DNA of 64,000 nt from an uncultured delta proteobacterium (GCA_963760795.1 CAVXEP010000032.1:224001-288000); one strand, 5' to 3'; counted from the stretch's first letter, positions 9,005-20,051 are shown. Numbers and translations: made by a program. Notes: a model not told the origin generated them from the letters alone.

Positions 9005-11070
9005 AAATAATTCACCCGCTAACCGTCATCGACCAGCTGATCAAGAAGAACGAGCTAGGCCAGCCCTTCACCCTCATGGATCACCAGCGGGAAGTCTTGC
9101 GGCTGGCGTTCGACTTCGACAAAGACGGCCGGCTTCCTTGGGATACGATCATTTACAGCTGCATCAAGAAGAGCGGCAAGACCACGTTGAACGGCGCCAT
9201 CACCCTGGCATGGGGCTTTACCCAAGAGGCACCGAACGAGATTCTTATACTCGCCAACGACCTTGAGCAAACCCTGGCGCGCGTGTTCAAGACCATGGAA
9301 GGCATCATCCAGCATAACCCCGAGCTCCAGCGCGAAGCCGAAGTACAGGCCCGCAATATCTACCTGGCCAATCTGACCACCATCACGGCGATCAGTGGCG
9401 ACTATCAGGGCGCCGCGGGTTCTAATCATGGCTTTGTTTCCTATGACGAGCTGTGGGGCTACACCAGCGAAGCATCAACGCGTTTATGGGAAGAACTCAC
9501 ACCGGTGCCCACGCGCAAGAACTCGATTCGTTTCATTACCACCTATGCCGGCTTCGAGGGCGAGTCAAAACTGTTGTGGGATCTTTACAAGCAGGTGGTA
9601 AGCAAGGACGAACACCCCGAGGGGCAAGGCGAGCGGCTACACCCGGATTTACCGATCTTCGCCAATCGCGAAGCCAGGATCTTCGCCTATTGGGACCACG
9701 AACCGCGCATGGCTTGGCAGACTCAGGAATATTACCAGAGCCAGAAGAAAACCCTGCGGCCTGGAACCTATCTTCGCCTGCATGAAAACAAGTGGGCTAG
9801 TGCAGAGCAGATATTCATCACCGGCGAAATGTGGGACCCCTGCGTCGATCAATCCCATAGCCCGACTACCACCAGCCGCGAACCGTTATTTGTTGGCGTC
9901 GACATTGGCATCAAGCACGACAATGCGGCACGCGTCGCTGTTCGGTGGGATGAGGCCGGCGAGAAGTTGATACTTGTCAGCCATCGAATCTGGAAGCCGA
10001 CAGCAAGCCAGCCCCTAGACCTGGAAAACACCGTTGAGCAGGATCTCCGCGACCTGCACGATCACTGCGACGTCGTTGAATGTTTGGCCGACCCGTACCA
10101 GTTCCATCGGTCCATGACCACGCTACAGGCGGCCGGGTTGCCTATCCGCGAGTTTGCTCAGACCACTGCCAACACGACCTTGATGGGTCAAACCCTATTC
10201 GAGCTGCTCACCGGCAAGAATCTGGTGATCTATCCATCCGACGAGTTGAGACAGCAAGCCCTCTCGACCGTGGCGATTGAGAATCCCCGCGGCTGGCGCA
10301 TCGCCAAGGAAAAGTCATCGAAGAAGATCGACGCCATTGTCGCCTTGACCATGGCCTGTGTCGCCGCCATGGCTCACCGTGGCGAAGTCGGCGCGAGAGT
10401 GGCCCGGGGCTTCAACCGATCGCAGCACGTACCACAGGAAGGCATTGCTGCCGCAGGCGGGCCGGTATTCATCGGCCAGGTGTTTGGCGATTGTCCGTCA
10501 ACGGTGATTGTTCAAGCGGAGAATAGCGGCCAGGTGCGCGTATTGGCCGCGTTTGCCAGCGACGGCATGAGCCTGCGCCGGCACATTGAAACCACCGTTC
10601 GCCCCTGGTTATCCATCCATGCGCGGCAGGTGTTCAGTAATCGCCGCTTACTCTTGGGCACCCATGACGATACAGAGAGCTGGGACCTCATAGAGATCCT
10701 CGAAGAGCTACTAGGGGGAAGATGGGAACCTCCGACAAGCCCATGGGACAGCCGCAAAGACGCCATTCTGGATTTGCTCGCCAAGGCCACGCCTTTTAAT
10801 TTCACCCCCATGCTTCAGATCGATAGGACCAATGCACGGCTGGTTGTCGACGCGTTAAGCGGCCGGTGGAGCTATCACAAGGAACGCACCGACCGGCAGA
10901 ACACTTTCTACCATGTCGCCAACGCGTTGAGCCTGGCGATTTCACGGATCGCGCCGGAAACGGCTAACCGCAACCGCGAACCGTTCACGGTGAATATGAA
11001 ATTCAACCCTAGAAAGCCCCCGCAAGCGACAACGACCAACAGCCGATTTAATGTTTTTGGGCGGCGATAA
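9001..11070 (+). CDS. Phage terminase large subunit with ~230-aa C-terminal extension
   Basis: LMDHQRE, Walker A SCIKKSGKT, Walker B VSYDELW, ITTYAG coupling motif, nuclease GVDIG...ADPYQ...KIDAIVAL. Confidence 0.88.
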   Translation: MKIIHPLTVIDQLIKKNELGQPFTLMDHQREVLRLAFDFDKDGRLPWDTIIYSCIKKSGKTTLNGAITLAWGFTQEAPNEILILANDLEQTLARVFKTMEGIIQHNPELQREAEVQARNIYLANLTTITAISGDYQGAAGSNHGFVSYDELWGYTSEASTRLWEELTPVPTRKNSIRFITTYAGFEGESKLLWDLYKQVVSKDEHPEGQGERLHPDLPIFANREARIFAYWDHEPRMAWQTQEYYQSQKKTLRPGTYLRLHENKWASAEQIFITGEMWDPCVDQSHSPTTTSREPLFVGVDIGIKHDNAARVAVRWDEAGEKLILVSHRIWKPTASQPLDLENTVEQDLRDLHDHCDVVECLADPYQFHRSMTTLQAAGLPIREFAQTTANTTLMGQTLFELLTGKNLVIYPSDELRQQALSTVAIENPRGWRIAKEKSSKKIDAIVALTMACVAAMAHRGEVGARVARGFNRSQHVPQEGIAAAGGPVFIGQVFGDCPSTVIVQAENSGQVRVLAAFASDGMSLRRHIETTVRPWLSIHARQVFSNRRLLLGTHDDTESWDLIEILEELLGGRWEPPTSPWDSRKDAILDLLAKATPFNFTPMLQIDRTNARLVVDALSGRWSYHKERTDRQNTFYHVANALSLAISRIAPETANRNREPFTVNMKFNPRKPPQATTTNSRFNVFGRR

Positions 11071-11175
11071 AAAACTACACCATACAGGAGGGCTTACCAA
11101 GCGATATTGACGCGCCTCGTGGGCGCGAATAGAATCGCGCCTCTAAGCCAAAATCAAATCTAGAGAGGCGCGCGC

Positions 11176-12012
11176 ATGGCTGAATTTGACGCGGAGTCGT
11201 TGCGAAAGGATGTAAACAAGTCGGGATTTCCTTTCCAGCTCAAAGTCGCCGACCAAATAAATTCTGCAAAACCTAAGCACCCCTGGTCAGTTGAATCCTC
11301 GGAACACTCTTGGGTCGATCCGGAATCAGGGAGTCGAGGGTTTATTGATCTAGTTCTCGCACACGAAACCTCCAACGGGTTAAAGCTCATTGTCGAATGC
11401 AAGCGTCCGCTCGGCGGCCGTTGGATTTTTTTAGTTGATAGGAAGGCAACCCCACAGTCCATGATTAAAAGCTTCTGGGCGTCCGGGGATAGCCCGCCGA
11501 AAAGCGGTTGGGACGACTTGCCATTTCAGCCCGTATCGCTTGAGGCTTCGGATTGCATAATTGCCGGACAGGACGAACGATCACCTTTACTTGAACGACT
11601 TGCTGATGGACTTCTACAGTCAATTAACGGCGTATCCGACCAAGAGCAGAAAATATTTGAGCGCTATCGTCGCTGCTCGCTCAGAATTTATATTCCCGTA
11701 ATAGTTACCGCCGCTGAGCTATTCGTCTGTTATGTTGACCCCACGTCGGAAATCTCAATCGATGGGGTGCTAGCCAAATCCGTAACATTCGAGTCGGTAG
11801 ACCATATTCGCTTCCGAAAGAGCCTCGCGAGTAAACTAAATTACCGCGAGATTTCCCACACCTTGCGCGGGGAAAACCTCCAAAAGGCGCGGAGCGTGTG
11901 GATTTTTAATGCTAACAATCTTGTGGAGTCGCTTCGCCAGTTAGATCTGATTCGTCCCACTAAGCGGGAATTGGCTATCGGTTTGGGGCACCCCTGGCCG
12001 TGGGCCATATAA
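11176..12012 (+). CDS. PD-(D/E)XK nuclease-fold protein (restriction endonuclease-like)
   Basis: SGFPFQLKV...FIDLVL...LIVECKR arrangement; lower GC cargo. Confidence 0.65.
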   Translation: MAEFDAESLRKDVNKSGFPFQLKVADQINSAKPKHPWSVESSEHSWVDPESGSRGFIDLVLAHETSNGLKLIVECKRPLGGRWIFLVDRKATPQSMIKSFWASGDSPPKSGWDDLPFQPVSLEASDCIIAGQDERSPLLERLADGLLQSINGVSDQEQKIFERYRRCSLRIYIPVIVTAAELFVCYVDPTSEISIDGVLAKSVTFESVDHIRFRKSLASKLNYREISHTLRGENLQKARSVWIFNANNLVESLRQLDLIRPTKRELAIGLGHPWPWAI

Positions 12013-12856
12013 AAAACTTCAGGCGCCGACCCCTACGCCCGCGGGTGCGACTTACCGTCGATACGGCGATTTCCGGGTTTGCCGTCCAATAACTCGCCCG
12101 TTTCCTCCCGCTCGCGCAGAAGTTCAGAGTAGCAAGTGTCAACGATCAGCCTGGCGAGTTCCAGACCGATCAACTCAGCTACATCGGGGTTCTCCAACTC
12201 GAAGTTGTGTACATTCAGTGTCGTTAGCTCCACCACTGAGTTGTTGGGGCGCTGATATAGGACGCAAGCGCCAGGCGCGGTAAGCACTAAAATGGGATCC
12301 GTTCAAAGAATGGCATAGGCAAGGCTTAATATCGCGGTAAAATAAGTTAGCCAGAAAGTTAGAAATGGCCAGTTAAACTTTTGTTCGATTGGCTGGATTC
12401 TGCTTGGCTGAATTTTACTTGGACGATGTCGTGATGTGGTCCGGAAGCCGCCAGGTGTTGGGCTCTGCGCCAGCGTTGTTTTCATCTTGTTTCTCCTCTC
12501 TGACAAGAACATACGCAATGGATATGCCAGATTCATAACCGCCTAATCTTACAGGATTACTGCTTCACAGATAGGGGAGACAAAGTTCCATTGCAGGTGC
12601 AAATTTGGGAATCTGTCAGTGTTCTTCCTACACTAACCATCGATATAATATCTTGTCGTCCGAGGAATTATCGTGGCTGGGTGTGAAGTGCGAACGGCCT
12701 TTGCCGTTTCCGATATGATGATTGCCCGCCGTTGTATTCGATTGCAGCTTATCTCGGAATCGTTGTCCGACGGTATGGCGTAGGCGCGAGAATCTGTAGC
12801 GCTACGATGAGAAAAGTGAATTTACGGGATCTTCGGCAGTCTAACCGCACGACTGG

Positions 12857-13838
12857 CTACCCCAACTCGCGCACCACGTCTCGCGCTTTCTTGTCATTGC
12901 GAAGCCCGACAAACGAGGCATGCCGCAAGTGATCGTCCGGTGTCCATTCCGTAAATTCGATTTGTACGACTAGCCGAGGTTTGAGCCAGACGCAGTTTTT
13001 CATTTCTTCAGCAGTAAGCGCCCATTGGGTGCGTCTCTTTTTCTCCGGCAGATTCGCGAACGGGCAGACATCGGTTTCCAGTGGTTTCATCCGGGCCATG
13101 ACCTCGCGCCGTACATGGTGCACAAAGCCGGCGCGAACTTTACCGGCGTAGAGCAGCTTGTCGCCCTGATAATACCCTACGATTATGGCATCGAATGGAT
13201 TGCCAGGCGTGTAGCCGCCAACGACGAGCTCCTGGCCTTGGTTGACCTTATATTTGACCCAGGCTCCGCTGCGCTTGCCAGGCTCGTAAAACGAATCTTG
13301 CCGCTTGGCGATGATACCTTCGAGTCCGAGTTCCGTGATCGCCCGAATCATGTCGTGGGCGGAAGCGGTGACGGTTTGCGACAGGTCAACCGCTGATGAC
13401 TTCTTACGGACAGGTCCCAACAGGTCGCGTGAGCGCCTCACGGCGTTTCAACAGCGGCTCATGGAGCATGCTTCGGCCACGAAGGATCAGAAGATCAAAG
13501 ACGTAAAAGCGGATCGCGGACGCTTCGGAGCGGTGGCGCTGGAGCGTATTGAACGAGACTTGACCCGCGGAATCCATCGCGACGATCTCGCCGTCGACAA
13601 GCGTGCCGGTCGGCAGAAGTTCACATGCTTTGGCAATTGCGGGGAACTGAGACGTGAGAGCATTTGCTCTGCGCGACCACAGGCTCACGCCGCTGGCATC
13701 CTTCCCTGCCAAACATCGATAGCCGTCTAACTTGATTTCGTAGAGCCAGTCCGGTCCTTCGGGCAGGTTACGGACGCCGAGCGCATACATCGGCTCGATA
13801 AAGCTGATTTTCTCTGGAAGTGATTTCGGCACGCTCAT
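12857..13838 (-). CDS. ATP-dependent DNA ligase (LigD ligase domain-like), split by one indel near 13427
   Basis: EIKLDGYR, DGEIV, YVFDLL in the first frame; EGIIAKR, WVKYK, GKVRAGF, LRHASFVGLRNDK in the second. Confidence 0.85.
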
Positions 13839-13974
13839 GTTAACGGGTGGAGAAGGGCGTTGCTAAAAGGCAACCGAGGCCCATTGCGTGAAGATGAGCG
13901 CCGAGCCCGAAGACGCGCCCGATCCTCAAGCCCGCGGGTGCGTATTCGTGTTTGCGCACTGAGCCCCAATTCTT

Positions 13975-14823
13975 TCAAATCAAATGAAACTTCTTCTCTA
14001 AAATTCTTAATGCATCGCACGGCAGGTCTTTCCTAAATGCCGGTATGCTCGGCGCAGCTTCCAGTTTTTTTAGTAAGTCATCTTGCGCTTTTCGCCGGGC
14101 GTTAGGACCACCGGGCAAGGCTTTGTTAAAATCAAACCCTTGTAAAATGCGTTTCATCGCTGCTTTGTCTTGGGCATCCTTTTTTTGTTGGAGCGTCTGT
14201 CGTTTTTTGCTTCTAACTTGGGCTTTTAGCTCGTTCCGTCTTCGATTGTCGTAAATCTTGCCACAGGTTTTGGGGTTACAGCAGACCTGCCGCTGACGCT
14301 TTTTGGCGAAGAACTTTTGACACACCAAGCAGCTTCCTAGGTTTAGGATTTCGCCCGTTTCTAACAGTCGAGCGAGGTCAAGCCACATAGCCCCGGCGTC
14401 GATTGAAAATGAACCGTTGCCCGTTTTAATCTTGCCGCGCGGGTTAGAAAGTAAACGCCATTGCGGCTTGCGCGCTCGGGCGTTAACGAAGCGGACTAGC
14501 TGGCGCAATCGATTAACCGGAGTCAGGTATTTCACGATGATCGTTTTCTTGAAATGTTCTCGAATATCTCTGTTTACTGTCCAGGGTAGTGTGGCTTCCG
14601 GTGCGACTAGGTGTCGAAGCTCATCTTGAATTCGCTCGTGACGTTCTCGGTTTTTTGCCAGTACCGCGTCTCCCGATTCATTTCCAAACATCCATTTGTG
14701 GAGAAGGGACCCTTCGCCCTCCTTGGCGAACTTGTGGCTTTTTGGAGGCGACGTGTTTAGGTAATGAATCAGTTTGGTGAGTTCGGCGCTTGGTCCGGTC
14801 ATATAAAAAGAAGTTCCTACCAT
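13975..14823 (-). CDS. Hypothetical protein with CGNR-like zinc finger (possible regulator)
   Basis: CLVCQKFF...CCNPKTC motif; divergent from the MerR-HTH gene. Confidence 0.55.
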   Translation of the reverse strand: MVGTSFYMTGPSAELTKLIHYLNTSPPKSHKFAKEGEGSLLHKWMFGNESGDAVLAKNRERHERIQDELRHLVAPEATLPWTVNRDIREHFKKTIIVKYLTPVNRLRQLVRFVNARARKPQWRLLSNPRGKIKTGNGSFSIDAGAMWLDLARLLETGEILNLGSCLVCQKFFAKKRQRQVCCNPKTCGKIYDNRRRNELKAQVRSKKRQTLQQKKDAQDKAAMKRILQGFDFNKALPGGPNARRKAQDDLLKKLEAAPSIPAFRKDLPCDALRILEKKFHLI

Positions 14824-14901
14824 GTGAAACGATTTTTGTTGATCTAATGCTATATCGGATTTAGATTGCGGTCAACAACGTTAAGCAGAAAGGGGCAATA
14901 C

Positions 14902-15084
14902 ATGTTGATTTCAGAAATCGCCGAGAAGGCTGGCCTGCATCCCGAGACTATCAGGCGCCTAGAAAAACGCGGGCTCATTAGTTCCAAGCGCGACGTGAAC
15001 GGCTGGCGCAATTACTCGCCGGAGGTTCTCGTTAAATTAAAAAGTCTCTATGTGCGCGGCACTGAGGAGCAAACAGCAGCGTAA
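14902..15084 (+). CDS. MerR-family HTH protein (AlpA/Xis-like)
   Basis: MLISEIAEKAGLHPETIRRLEKRGLI...RDVNGWRNY. Confidence 0.85.
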   Translation: MLISEIAEKAGLHPETIRRLEKRGLISSKRDVNGWRNYSPEVLVKLKSLYVRGTEEQTAA

Positions 15085-15166
15085 CGTATTTTGTCATGAG
15101 TCCGGTGCGGGTAAAAAAAGCCCGCCGGCCACCACGCCGAACGGGCTTTAAACGAAAGGAAATGAT

Positions 15167-15403
15167 GTGCAGACCATTACCGCAGCCAAACAATTTAGTC
15201 AACGACGAAGAATCGACCCCGACTTTGAGCCCGAGCTTCGCAAGCTCTTCGATCTTGCATTTGTTTTTCTAAACGCCAGTGACGGCGACATGGCGGAAGC
15301 TGAGGGCTTACTTGATGACTTCATTGATCTGCTTTTCGAAGGCGGCGTTTTGTCTACGTGGCGCTATCGAATCTTACTGGCACAGGTGCGCGAGGGTCTG
15401 TGA
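15167..15403 (+). CDS. Hypothetical protein
   Basis: AAGGA RBS; stop overlaps start of primase gene. Confidence 0.5.
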   Translation: MQTITAAKQFSQRRRIDPDFEPELRKLFDLAFVFLNASDGDMAEAEGLLDDFIDLLFEGGVLSTWRYRILLAQVREGL

Positions 15404-17399
15404 GTAATCTCGATACTGCGATCGGTTATCGGCGCCGCGGCTTCTCGGTTATCCCGATCAGGCCCAAAGGTAAAAAACCCTCGTCGCCTGGGAACCCTTT
15501 CAGTCAGAACCCGCATCCGAAGAAATTATCAAATTTTGGTTTACCAATTGGCCTAACGCAAACATAGCAATCGTGACGGGCGCTATCTCGGATGTTGTTG
15601 TGATTGACCTGGACAGCGACGGAGCCAAGGAGAAGATCAAGGCGCTAGTCCCTGACTATGATCTTTCCGCTGTGCCAAGAGTGCGGACCGGCCGCGGCGG
15701 GTATCATCTGTTTTTCAAGCATCCGGGGGGCAGCGTTCAAACTCGCGCGGGCGTTCTTCCAAAGACCGACATCCGCGCCGATGGCGGCTATGTCGTCACG
15801 GCGCCTTCTATCCATGAGAGCGGGAAAACCTACATATGGGAAGTACCGGTAAGCGCGGAACTGCCCACATTGCCCCCAGAGCTATTCAAGCTTCTTTCGG
15901 CGCCATCTAGCAACAACAACAACAACGACAATGGCTATCGCGAGCGATTCAATACAGCGCAATCGCTAGACGGAGTTCCCGAAGGCCAGCGCGATGAAAC
16001 CATTTTTAAACTCGCCTGCAAATTGAGATCAGCCGATGTGCCGCAAGAGATGGCCGAGACTCTAATTGTTGAAGCCGCGAGAAACTGCCAGCCGGCGTTT
16101 TCTGAAAAAGTAGCATTAGAGAAAGTCAAAAGGGCTTATGTTCGATACCAGCCGACGGGAGCGAAGGGACCACCTAATCAGAAGGAAATATGGCCAGAGT
16201 TTTTGACCGCGAAAGAGATTCTTCAGGCGCCGAAGGATCCGACCCGATGGATAGTTTCGGAGTGTTTGCCGGCTGGCGGTGCTTCCGTCCTAGTCGCGAA
16301 GCCGAAGGTAGGAAAGAGCACAATCGCCGCGGACCTCGCTATATCGGTATCGCGTGGCGAACCATGGCTAGAGCGCTCGACACAACAATCGCCAGTTGCC
16401 TACGTATTCCTTGACGGTCCGCTTACCGATATTGCCGATACGTTCGTGCAGCTTGGGCTGCGTGAATCGGATCCGGTGTTCATTCATGCCGGCAGCGCGC
16501 CTGCTGATTCTATCCCGTGGATACTGGCCGCGGTGAAAGAGAAAGGCGCCCGGCTGGTGATCATCGATGTTTTACAGAAGTTCTGCCGGTTCGAAAACAT
16601 CAACGACTATTCCGAAGTCTCGACGAAGATGGAGCCCCTACTCGAGGCGGCCCGGGCCGGGAACTGCCACTTGATGACGTTGCATCACGCCAAGAAGGAT
16701 TCCCACGACGACCTTGACGCGGCGATTGGATCAACGGCCATCCGGGGGCTTTGCTACACCTACGTATTCGCCAAGCGGCTGGCTAATAGCGAGCGGCGCA
16801 TCCTGAGCAGCGACCAACGCGGCGGAAAAAACTTCGGCGAAGTGGGTATCGGCTTCGATAAACTCACCGGGCGGCTTTACGTGCAAGGCACGATTGACGA
16901 TGTTGAGATCGAAGAGGCATCGCCGTTGATTCTCAAAGTGCTTGAAGGCGACGACGAACAGCGCGAGAACGAAATCCGAAAGTCCGTTCCTATGCGCGGC
17001 TGGATTGTCGGCAAGGCGCTGCGTTCGTTAGTCAAAAAAGGTGACGTTGAGCGCACTGGTACCGGGAAGAAGGGAAGCGCATTCCGCTATTCTCTAGCCT
17101 CTAACCTGCTGGCCAATAGCGAAGGACCGATGGGCCATTCCGATGGCCTCTTAGGAAGGGGGATTGTTAAGGGGGAAACGGATTCTAGTCCCTCTTTTCA
17201 TTCTCTAGGAAACGGCACTGTGGGACTAGCATCCCAAAAAAACCTTCAAGATGTTGAAAACACTAAAAAAGATTCTAGTCCCAAGGTTCGGGACGAGCAT
17301 GGGACGAGCAGGGACGAGAATCTTTTTTCGGGGGGGTCGGGACTAGCATTTACTGGCGCCGAAAATGTTCCTGAAAGTGGCTGGACAAAGGTGCGATGA
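15400..17399 (+). CDS. Bifunctional primase-polymerase fused to AAA_25/RepA-like helicase; single-base frameshift near 15480
   Basis: GFSVIPI..GKKP, then W..F..WPNANIAIVTG, VIDLD, RTGRGGYHLFF, DIRADGGYVVTAPS; PEGQRDETIFKLA primase C-term; Walker A AKPKVGKS, Walker B LVIIDV, HHAKK. Confidence 0.88.
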
Positions 17400-17596
17400 G
17401 ATACGCCGAAGACATACTGATTGAAGTCAAGATTCTTGACGATGGCGCCATACTGGGGCGTCGCAAAGATCGAAAGCCGATGACCGCGGTCGACCTAAAA
17501 GCGGCGCAGCAGTTGGCAGACAGTGAGCCGGGAATCACGGTCGGTGACGTGCTGCGAGTAATTCCGGGCGCAAAGGTTCTACAGAAAGGCCGATGA
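17396..17596 (+). CDS. Hypothetical protein
   Basis: ATGA overlap with the primase stop. Confidence 0.5.
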   Translation: MRYAEDILIEVKILDDGAILGRRKDRKPMTAVDLKAAQQLADSEPGITVGDVLRVIPGAKVLQKGR

Positions 17597-17663
17597 GACA
17601 GTTTAGTTTCACGGGATTTTAGAAAACCAAGGAGAGGCTCATTTCTCTCGGAGACCTGATTTT

Positions 17664-18038
17664 ATGATCACCACAGGCGCGCTGAATTTTGAGAGGGTTG
17701 GATTATCCGAGCTAATCATCACCGCCGGCCCGGACAGTCTGCGAACTATCACCAGCGCCGCCGCGATGCATGAACACGCGGTCCAGATTCGCGCGGCATT
17801 GGCGCAATTAGCTCAGCACGGGACGCCGCGCATCATGGACATTGTGCTAAACCACAATCGCTTTTCTTCCCCATACGTCCCTTACCTGTTTACGATTACC
17901 GCCGAGGGCTCGCAGCGTAAGCTTGATGTCGGTACCCGCGGTTACATATGCGTTGCTGACCATCGCCCTGGTGTTCTTACTAGCGGTTTGGTCGAACCTT
18001 CAGTCTTGGAGTCATTAGCCGACTTTTTGGATGGATGA
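17664..18038 (+). CDS. Hypothetical protein
   Basis: GGAG RBS, co-oriented in the island operon. Confidence 0.5.
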   Translation: MITTGALNFERVGLSELIITAGPDSLRTITSAAAMHEHAVQIRAALAQLAQHGTPRIMDIVLNHNRFSSPYVPYLFTITAEGSQRKLDVGTRGYICVADHRPGVLTSGLVEPSVLESLADFLDG

Positions 18039-18059
18039 TAAACAAGGAGAAATCTATTT

Positions 18060-18676
18060 ATGAGTATAGATCTTGAACAATTGCGCACCGACCGCGGCCA
18101 GATCGCCAACGATCGCGCATGGCGAGAACCGCGGCGCCTGTTGGAAGATTTAGAACCAGAGTTAGCCGAATTACGCGGCGAAAGGGCTGTGCTTGAAAAT
18201 CCGCCGGCATCGGTCAAGTCAACGGCGGACAGGATTTTACGCGAGTGGAATCCTTCGCCGACCGATCCGAAGGGGTTGGCGACAGCGGTTCGCGAGCTGC
18301 GTAGCGCCGCCATCGGCGCCTTGCAACTGATTTTTGACAAGCCCGCAGAGATCGCGGCATTACTGGAGGAGATCGAAACCGTAATCCGGCAACCTTTACG
18401 AGTACCAGCCCGGCCGTGCTCGCCGCTGTCTATCGTAGACGGATCGCGCCGTTACTTGGCAACGCCAAGGGCCTTGAGACCATCGTTGATGAGCTGTTGC
18501 GCCAGGAGCAAGACGCGCTTGCGCTGGCAAAGCAGCATTTAGAAGCGCAGCAGGCAAACCAAGCTGAGCCCGTACCGAAACAGCGTCGCACGCTTTCGAC
18601 TGTGCTGTCCCCCGACGATGAGCCCAAGCATCGGTCGTCGCGCGAATTCTCGGTGCTATCCGGCTCGGTGCGATAA
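18060..18676 (+). CDS. Hypothetical helical/coiled-coil protein, probably one gene split by an indel near 18390
   Basis: AAGGAG RBS; two overlapping ORFs with continuous helical character. Confidence 0.45.
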
Positions 18677-18692
18677 TTGGCCGAGCGCAGGT

Positions 18693-18960
18693 ATGAGCGA
18701 GCCGGCGAAAAATCCGTTTGACCTGTTAGTCGATCAGATCCGCGAAGTTGTGCGCGAAGAGATCCGGGCAACCACAAAGGAGACCCCGCAGAAGAGTCTT
18801 TTTTCAACCAAAGAGGCGGCCGCCATTTTGAACGTCGAAGAGTCATGGCTTGGCGCGAAAGCGAGAGCCGGAAAAATTCCGCACCGTATGCTTGGCCACT
18901 ACCGTTATTTTTCCGTGAGCGACATTGACGAGATCATTGCAAGCGCTGGTGTACCCGTGG
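18693..18960 (+). CDS. Excisionase-type HTH_17 domain protein (ORF formally runs to 19238; true end uncertain)
   Basis: LFSTKEAAAILNV..SWL...ARAGKIPHRMLGHYRYFSVSDIDEII. Confidence 0.75.
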
Positions 18961-18965
18961 TACAC
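18949..18965. promoter_or_regulatory. Perfect inverted repeat GTGTACC-cgt-GGTACAC, putative operator
   Basis: Ends 7 nt before the XRE gene ATG and lies just downstream of a TTGCAA -35-like hexamer. Confidence 0.55.
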
Positions 18966-18972
18966 ATGAGCC

Positions 18973-19143
18973 ATGAAGGGCAAGGAGTTCAAGCGAACAC
19001 GGAAGGCGTTGAAGATGAGTCAAGCCCAACTGGCGAAAGTGATGGGCGTTACGGTGACGGCGGTGGCGAGATGGGAGAGGGACGAGCGGCCAATCTCCGG
19101 GCCGGTAGCGTTGGCGATGAAACTCTTGCTCGAAAAAAAATAG
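18973..19143 (+). CDS. XRE/Cro-family HTH protein, 56 aa (absent from ORF track)
   Basis: MKGKEFKRTRKALKMSQAQLAKVMGVTVTAVARWERDERPISGPVALAMKLLLEKK. Confidence 0.85.
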   Translation: MKGKEFKRTRKALKMSQAQLAKVMGVTVTAVARWERDERPISGPVALAMKLLLEKK

Positions 19144-19155
19144 CCGGAGGGGAAA

Positions 19156-20051
19156 ATGTCGACACACAAAACCAGCGCGGACACTTGGGAAGTCAGATTT
19201 CGAGTCCAAGGGCAGCAAAAGCAAAAGACCTTTCGTAACTACCGGGCGGCGGTGAGTTTTGACGAGAAAACCAAAACGCAATTGCGCGACGGCGACTACG
19301 TGGCGCCGTCGGTTTTCAACGTGAAGGAGATCGTTGAAAAGTGGCTGGAGGCGCGCCGGCCCCGGTGGAAGGAGCAAACCTATCTCAGCCACAAAACACA
19401 CTTGAGCAAATACATCACGCCACGGCTTGGGGAGATAAAGGCAACGAGCCTTCGGGCGGTTGATGTGGAGACGGCCGGCGCCGAGTGGGAAAAATCAGTG
19501 AGCGCGAAAACCGTCAACAAAATATTCGCCACGTTGGCGAGTTGAACGCCTTGCGTTGGGCGACGATTAGTTTCAAAACTTCAAAGATTTTTGTGAACCG
19601 ATCGCTAACCGAGCTCAAAGGCGGCGCCGTACTCGAAAAGCCCAAGACACCTAACGCATATGGTTACGTCAAGGTACCGGCCGAGCTTGTCGCAGAGCTT
19701 CGACGCTGGAAACTTCGCTGTCCGCCGTCGCCGAACGACTTTGTTTTTGCCGATGAGTTGGGCCGGCCGATGAACCGCAAGCCAAACAACCGGATGCTTA
19801 AAGCGGTATGCGATCGCGCCCAAGTCCGAGCCTTGACGATGAATAACTTGCGCCATTCCTTTGCCAGCCAACACTTGATCGCTGGAACCGCGCCGCTCGA
19901 AGTCTCAAAACTCATGGGCCATAGCGATCCGGCCGTCACGCTGAAAGTTTATTCACGATGGGCAGAGCGAGAAGAGTCAAAGGCGGAACTGGCACTGGCG
20001 AGCCGGATATTCGGAGCCGCAGAACCGCAGGAACAAACCGGGAGCGAGTGA
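19156..20051 (+). pseudogene. Tyrosine integrase with internal deletion and frameshift near 19535
   Basis: N-terminal arm/SAM-like region (YITPRLG...SAKTVNKI) joined directly to GELNALRW; C-terminal NLRHSFAS and LMGHSDPAVTLKVY intact; box-I TG.R Arg missing. Confidence 0.85.

Noticed and set aside
12033-12536. Two short minus-strand ORFs in the island
   Set aside because: No recognisable motifs and weak starts; may be remnants, so not called
18961-19238. C-terminal extension of the excisionase ORF
   Set aside because: Low-complexity run-on that overlaps the convincing XRE gene and the integrase start
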